A model generated the notes under the pieces. The model was not told the DNA's origin. It searched no databases and saw nothing but the letters and a program-made list of their open reading frames with translations. A stretch of 64,000 bases of DNA from Candidatus Poribacteria bacterium (GTDB lineage Bacteria; Poribacteria; WGA-4E; PCPOR2b), in NCBI GenBank assembly GCA_965208325.1, contig OZ242326.1, positions 416,001 through 480,000 of the forward strand. The letters are read 5' to 3'. How positions within the stretch are numbered: position 1 is the stretch's first letter; every line of letters starts with the position of its first letter. The translations under genes and the position numbers were made by a program. Positions 59,601 to 64,000 of this stretch are shown here, in pieces.

Positions 59601-60486
59601 CGTCTTCGATTCAATCGCGGACATAACCACCGGTACGGCAGAGGTTTTCGATCTCTCTGTGGAAGAGAGCCACTCGTTTGTCGCTAACGGCTTCGTGAAC
59701 CACAATTCGACGTATCTGCGTCAGACGGCGCTCATTACCCTGTTTGCGCAGATGGGGAGTTTCGTGCCTGCATCGGCGGCGAAGATTGGGATTGTGGATC
59801 GGATTTTCACTCGCGTCGGGGCGTCAGATAACCTCGTGATGGGTCAAAGCACCTTCCTGGTCGAGATGAACGAAACCGCGAATATTCTGAACAACGCGAC
59901 CTCGAAAAGTCTGATTATTCTTGATGAAATCGGGCGCGGTACCAGTACCTTCGACGGGTTGAGCATCGCATGGGCGGTCGCGGAGTACATTCTGGACAAG
60001 AAGAAGATTGGCGGCAAAACACTGTTTGCCACGCATTATCACGAACTCATTGAGTTGGCAGGCAAATACAAAAACGTGAAAAATTTCAACGTTGCCGTCC
60101 ATGAAGATGGAGAGAAGATAACGTTTCTGCGGAAAGTCGTGGAGGGAGGTACCGACCAGAGCTACGGGATTCATGTGGCGCGACTCGCAGGGTTGCCGCT
60201 GGCAGTAATTGCGCGCGCGCAACAGATTTTGGAGATTCTCGAACAGCACAACCTGAGCATTGAGGGAGAGGAAAGAGGGCGCCTGCCGAAGGCAGCACCC
60301 AAAACGCCGCGTCCCCGACGCCGAATGTCGCAGTCCGCCTTTCAAGATGATTCGCTCCAACTCGCACTGTTCACCCCAAAAACGCACCCCATCGTGGAGC
60401 AACTTCAAGACCTTGACCTCAATGACATGACCCCCATGGGGGCACTCAACCTACTCTATCAATTGAAGGCAAAGGCAGACGAATAA
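56662..60486 (+). CDS. mutS: DNA mismatch repair protein MutS (MutS1) containing an intein
   Basis: GDFYEAF, PMAGIP, GRHPVVE, TGPNMSGK|intein|STYLRQ, STFLVEM, DEIGRGTSTFDG, FATHYHE, SYGIHVA. Confidence 0.97.
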   Translation: MPKKTQLSPLMEQYKQLKNQYRDSVLLCRVGDFYEAFFEDAVLIARELEIVLTSRDKDKATPMAGIPHHALDSYLYKLVKAGHKVAILEQIEDAKNVPPGELVKRDIVRIVTPGTLTDPKVLDQRMNNYLVAVCIRDEIYGFASVDLSTGEFAVTELQDDEKLWTELHRLAPKELLLSEVFDDPEILERIRVDLKAVVNTLPDWRFALDTTRSELLQHFNTLSLDGFGCEHLPTAICAAGALIYYLHETQKQEVEHILSIHTYTVSDFMILDADTQRNLELTTSIRDGSAKGTLLETIDQTVTPMGARKLRGCLLQPLLQPDQIIARLNAVEEMKNQIGTQEEIRDLLNKIYDMERLISRISLGTANARDLLALRDSLYLIPAIKDQLGDCETSLLQTLNDTLDPLNQLATLIESAIHPEPPVTLREGGLIRDGYSGQLDELRAITSKGKNWIAELQQLEREKTGVTSLKIGFNQVFGYYIEVTNSNLHLVPDDYIRKQTLTNAERFITPELKEREAQILNAQDQIQALEHSLFLEIRAQIAQETERIQKTAAVIGMIDVIANLAYIAAKHDYEKPIIDESDEIIIRNGRHPVVERLFTQEGFVPNDTSLNCRGHQMHIITGPNMSGKCVRGDTLVFTDAGLVPIASLQPGKVEIDSFTPVNYRVKGLNGHARATHFYAGGRRRTVRLRTRLGYELEGTPEHRIWVRQQSGVEGWKPLGKIESSDAVAIDCQIDLWGANDTLQSPRAAYMESQVNRIEMPRDSSADSLPARLTPNLAYLVGLLVGGSVSTDGDAVSLETKDAFLGREFRRIIGAEFGYSRKPTSQIRNSNNRGGDFQIRRFIEALGLAHTANEQVPAAILGAPKAVVAAFLQGLFDITSDGDAKEDITLFTPSDTLAKQVHTLLLNFGILSALQEKKASRAGNWIYRISITGADALRFFRQIGSRNPVKRRRAKHIRFIGYPRVTGMEHRDERSSGGGRYVFDSIADITTGTAEVFDLSVEESHSFVANGFVNHNSTYLRQTALITLFAQMGSFVPASAAKIGIVDRIFTRVGASDNLVMGQSTFLVEMNETANILNNATSKSLIILDEIGRGTSTFDGLSIAWAVAEYILDKKKIGGKTLFATHYHELIELAGKYKNVKNFNVAVHEDGEKITFLRKVVEGGTDQSYGIHVARLAGLPLAVIARAQQILEILEQHNLSIEGEERGRLPKAAPKTPRPRRRMSQSAFQDDSLQLALFTPKTHPIVEQLQDLDLNDMTPMGALNLLYQLKAKADE
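58546..59706 (+). mobile_element. Intein (387 aa) with degenerate LAGLIDADG homing-endonuclease domain
   Basis: Starts CVRGDT, block B GTPEHRI, ends VFDLSVEESHSFVANGFVNHN followed by Ser; internal LAYLVGLLVGG and FLQGLFDITSDG. Confidence 0.95.
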
Positions 60487-60537
60487 AACCGCAGCATATC
60501 AAACCGTGCGTCCCTCGAATAAACGGCGACGTTAATC

Positions 60538-60913
60538 ATGGCACTGCATCCGGATTTTCCCGAATCTCTACATGCTGGTGGTGACATAACATTTGGCCTC
60601 CATTGCCAAAAACCATTTCGGCGTCAGGTTTAAGCCTGATTACGCCAACTACTACCCCGATTTTATCGTGAAGCTGGCGGATGGACGAGTGATTGTCGTC
60701 GAGACTAAAGGTCGAGAAGATGTGGATGCCGCGCCCAAAATGCGCCGACTGTGGCAGTGGTGCGAGGATGTCAACAGCGTTCAGGGAGAAACCGTTTATG
60801 GCTGTGTCTACGTAGACGAAGAAAGCTTTCGGACATATCAACCGAAGACATTTCAGCAACTGTTGGATGGGTTCGCGCACGATAGGAGGCAATACAATGA
60901 AACGCAGAACTAA
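60538..60913 (+). pseudogene. Internally deleted type III-like restriction endonuclease remnant
   Basis: N-terminal stub MALHPDFPES at 60538, out of frame with a C-terminal nuclease piece NYYPDFIVK...VVETKG (PD-ExK). Confidence 0.7.
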
Positions 60914-61493
60914 GATTTTCGGGCTAGCGGGTGGTATTGCTGCAATTGTATGTTTCGTGCTGGTCTATTTTCTAGGAATGCGTGAAGAAGACACGGCTCA
61001 GGCGTATAAGCCCTATATCGGTTACTTCACCACAACACCAACCATCCGCATTTCTGCTTTTGAATCAATTCTGTCAAGGCTACAACAGTCTGGAGGCGGT
61101 GAGGTAATTTTCAGCGGGGGAAAGGGATTTGTGCGTTTTCAAGTTCGTGAAAATGGGAACATTGTGGCGTTGGTTCCCGTGTCAGCATCAGTACGGCGTC
61201 GGTTGCCCGCCACACTGGCTAGGTTCTTTATGGCGGACAAATACAAATTCCATAATATCCGGCTGCCCCGCCATGAAAGGCAGCGGCTTGAAGAGATGAA
61301 GCCGCTCCACAATGCAGTAGAGCGGAAAGTCTCTTATTCAGGCACAGCGCCGCATATTTTCATTGAGGCGGAATTGAAATTGGATGTTTCACGTGCATCG
61401 GTGTTAGCGGAATCAATCTTGACGGAGGTTTTTCAAATTGGGTCAGGCATGCTAGATATCTACGGGGGTGAATACCGTAAATTTCGTTGGTAG
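60897..61493 (+). CDS. Hypothetical membrane-anchored protein
   Basis: AGGAGG upstream of ATG 60897; single N-terminal TM helix. Confidence 0.65.
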   Translation: MKRRTKIFGLAGGIAAIVCFVLVYFLGMREEDTAQAYKPYIGYFTTTPTIRISAFESILSRLQQSGGGEVIFSGGKGFVRFQVRENGNIVALVPVSASVRRRLPATLARFFMADKYKFHNIRLPRHERQRLEEMKPLHNAVERKVSYSGTAPHIFIEAELKLDVSRASVLAESILTEVFQIGSGMLDIYGGEYRKFRW

Positions 61494-61545
61494 TAGGAAA
61501 ATAGTTACTTGTGGCTTTACGCTTTGTTAGGCAAGAGATGCAGGT

Positions 61546-62376
61546 ATGCTGAACAATACATACGCCTACGTCCGTGCTAGGTGGGTAATCTTAGTTTCGA
61601 TAATCGGGTTTGTTGCCCCGGCTTTTGTTTTCGATTTGAACCAACCGCTTGAGAACGCGGTCTATTATTTGGTATCATACAGTCTCATCGGCTTGCTATT
61701 ATGGTGGATTTGGGGACGGAATCTCGAGTCGAAAGATGTCTTCGGCACAGTCCCAAATGGGGAAGAGGCATGGATTTGTCTGATGCTCGGAACACCCTCG
61801 GTATGCGCACATTATGCGGGAAAATATCTGTTGTTTGTGCCGTTGTCCTTTGTAGTGCCGCAGTTTGTTTCTTGGTGGCTGTTCGAAACTTCGACTACGC
61901 TTTTTGACATGTCCTTCACCCGAGAGGCGATGTTGGTCAACGGATTGATGGCATTTAACCTCGTGATCTTAGTGCCAATCGTCGAGGAAATCGTGTTTCG
62001 GGGGTTCCTTCTGCATCGGTGGTGCGAAAAATTCGGCGAGAAACGAGGCGTTGTGTTGTCCTCAATGTTGTTCAGCATAATACACAAAGACATACTTGGA
62101 AACCTCGTTGTTTCGGTCATCGTAAGTGTTTTCTGCCTTCACAGAAAATCGCTAGTCGATCCCATTCTTATTCATGCCGGCAACAACTTAATGGTGGTGA
62201 TAGTGGTACTGTTTGTTTGGGTTGTTGGAGGAGAGGTCGTTGGACCACTAGCTGCCTCAACAGTCGAGGAGTTTCGATCCGGCTGGTGGTTCGGTGCATT
62301 CACCGCGGTCGTCAGCGTTCCGTGGTTGTATTGGTTTGTAAAGACCCGATTGTTGGAATCGAACGCTTCGTGCTAG
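61546..62376 (+). CDS. CPBP (CAAX/Abi) intramembrane metalloprotease
   Basis: PIVEEIVFRG, FSIIH, ILIHAGNN; many TM segments. Confidence 0.9.
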   Translation: MLNNTYAYVRARWVILVSIIGFVAPAFVFDLNQPLENAVYYLVSYSLIGLLLWWIWGRNLESKDVFGTVPNGEEAWICLMLGTPSVCAHYAGKYLLFVPLSFVVPQFVSWWLFETSTTLFDMSFTREAMLVNGLMAFNLVILVPIVEEIVFRGFLLHRWCEKFGEKRGVVLSSMLFSIIHKDILGNLVVSVIVSVFCLHRKSLVDPILIHAGNNLMVVIVVLFVWVVGGEVVGPLAASTVEEFRSGWWFGAFTAVVSVPWLYWFVKTRLLESNASC

Positions 62377-62541
62377 TTTAGGACGGAAAAGTTGCGGAGT
62401 AAAACGTGGGATTGCACATGATTGGCTTTCCTAGATTTGGTAAACGGTAGAATTATGTTTAATCCGTCTTTCAATTGGGTTTGCGGAGCGTTGCGGGGCA
62501 AACTCGAATTTCCCAAAATGTTTTAACCCAAGGAGACTTAC

Positions 62542-63009
62542 ATGAATGTAGAATCGTACATGACCGAAAGAGTTGACAATCAGGTTGAGAATTTTGACCA
62601 GCTCGCACGCTGCAACCAGAGAATATATAGCTTTCTGCGAATGGCCACGATTGCGTGCAACGTTCTCACCGCCTTTGCTATCGCGTTGACTCTCGCTGCG
62701 CCAGCACGATATAAGATATATGCGGGGCTGGGGGCGTTGGTCGTCTCAATGATAGTCCTTGCTGCACACCAGATACAAGAGTTCTACAAGTTTGGGTCGA
62801 AATGGGAAAAGTTCCGAACGGTCGCATAGCAGATAAAATCTGAAAAGTTCCTGTTTCTGAATGACGCAGGTACTTATCGCGCAGGTGATACCGATTCAAA
62901 GAAACGCGCCTTCATTGAGAGCATTGAAGGTATCATTCAGGGAACAGATAAATCCAATTTTGCACTGATGATAGAACCCGACGAAGAACATGAACCGCAG
63001 TTGCAATAG
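62542..63009 (+). pseudogene. DUF4231 (SLATT-like 2TM) protein with in-frame TAG at 62827-62829
   Basis: Y..ERVDNQ, two TM helices, WEKFRTVA*QIKSEKFLF...FIESIEGII continuing in frame to TAG 63009. Confidence 0.8.
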
Positions 63010-63025
63010 CGTTAGGAAGGGCAAC

Positions 63026-63259
63026 ATGACAGACAGAATTGTTGTTGATCCCACGATTCATCTCGGAAAACCTTGCGTGGTAGGCACACGCATAACAATC
63101 CAAATTGTTCTCGAACTCCTTGATGAAAACCTCTCTTTCGCTCAGATCATCCACGACTACTATCCGAATCTCAGCGTTGAAGATATCCGGGCATGCATTC
63201 AATATGCGATAGCGTTAGTAGCGGCTGAAGACATTCATCTGAGACCGATTTCCGCATGA
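63026..63259 (+). CDS. DUF433 antitoxin
   Basis: RIVVDPTIHLGKPCVVGTRI...YPNLSVEDIRACIQYA. Confidence 0.9.
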   Translation: MTDRIVVDPTIHLGKPCVVGTRITIQIVLELLDENLSFAQIIHDYYPNLSVEDIRACIQYAIALVAAEDIHLRPISA

Positions 63260-63390
63260 AGTTTCTACTCGATCAGGATGTGTTTACAAGCACCGCGCGG
63301 TATTTGAATGATTTACGGCATGATATTGTGAGCGTCGCTCCACTGGGCTTGTCGCGAACCGGCAAAATGTCAAAACTCTGTATTACATAG
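63256..63390 (+). pseudogene. Truncated DUF5615 PIN-like toxin
   Basis: ATGA overlap with DUF433; MKFLLDQDV...HDIVSV..LGLS then stop after 44 aa. Confidence 0.7.
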
Positions 63391-63703
63391 TTGTCCATAG
63401 CCGCCTCCTATCATTGAATTCGATCAAAAAAATAGCTTAGTGATTGGCAAATCAAATTCCAACATATTATCAATAAATTTCTTTACGTAGTTGCCATGAG
63501 AAAAGCACATGCAGCGAATAACCGAACAAGAACAACAAAAGTTTATGCGTCACCTTGGCGTGGACAAGCCCAAACCCGACAATTGCAACTTTATGCTGTG
63601 CGAGCATTTGCGCGCGATCGCCACGCATCGCGATGAATGTGAAAATTCAACCACGGGTGTTAACTGATTGAAGAGTTAAACAATCCCGCTGAGAAGATGA
63701 CAA

Positions 63704-64000
63704 ATGATCCCCATCTTCACCCACCCACTCGGTTTCTTATCACTGTTGGCGATTCCGGGGCTTGTCGGTATCTACTTGCTGCGCACCCGATCGCGGCGCT
63801 ACCCGGTGTCTAGCTTGATGCTCTGGGTGAACCAGCGGCAGGCGCGTGCAGGCGGTCTACGCTTAGAGCGGTTGCAGACTCCTCTTCTGTTCTTTCTTGA
63901 GTTGCTCACGATTATCCTACTCGCCCTGGCAGTGGCAGCCCCAATCATTCGGACCGCGCAGGGAGCGGTGCCGTTAATCGTCGTGCTCGACGATTCCTAC
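63704..64000 (+). CDS. BatA-domain / vWA protein; runs off the right window edge
   Basis: Not in the ORF track. MIPIFTHPLGFLSLLAIPGLVGIYLL...VSSLMLW...LLFFLELL...LIVVLDDSY. Confidence 0.8.
   Translation, partial: MIPIFTHPLGFLSLLAIPGLVGIYLLRTRSRRYPVSSLMLWVNQRQARAGGLRLERLQTPLLFFLELLTIILLALAVAAPIIRTAQGAVPLIVVLDDSY

Noticed and set aside
24000..62829. Stop-codon reassignment suggested by in-frame TGA (IS4) and TAG (DUF4231)
   Set aside because: Conserved genes end normally at TGA (purL) and TAG (ubiX); the two cases use different codons and fit ordinary nonsense mutations

Overview
64 kb of a bacterial chromosome. Six PhyH-family dioxygenases, a LamG protein ending in AVSPNEKLATTWGRLKA and dense REP/MITE-like intergenic repeats suggest Candidatus Poribacteria (inference, not a database result). 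Core and metabolic genes (purL, ubiX/ubiA, S8 protease, gmd, a sugar-catabolic operon, purB, a xanthine-dehydrogenase-family trio, mutS) flank a ~13 kb repeat-rich defence island (~21.4-34.4 kb). The island holds an IS4 with one in-frame stop, a frameshifted Eco57I-like R-M gene, a type II Thoeris-like TIR + TM-Macro pair led by a 43-aa basic peptide absent from the ORF track, a PIN toxin-antitoxin pair, an HNH nuclease and an ISL3. Most of it lies between a 78-bp inverted repeat pair. mutS carries a 387-aa intein in its Walker A motif. A second, decayed accessory patch (type III REase remnant, DUF4231/SLATT pseudogene, DUF433/DUF5615 TA remnant) follows mutS. No rRNA, tRNA or CRISPR array was recognised. 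All family assignments come from motif recognition by eye; no searches were run.
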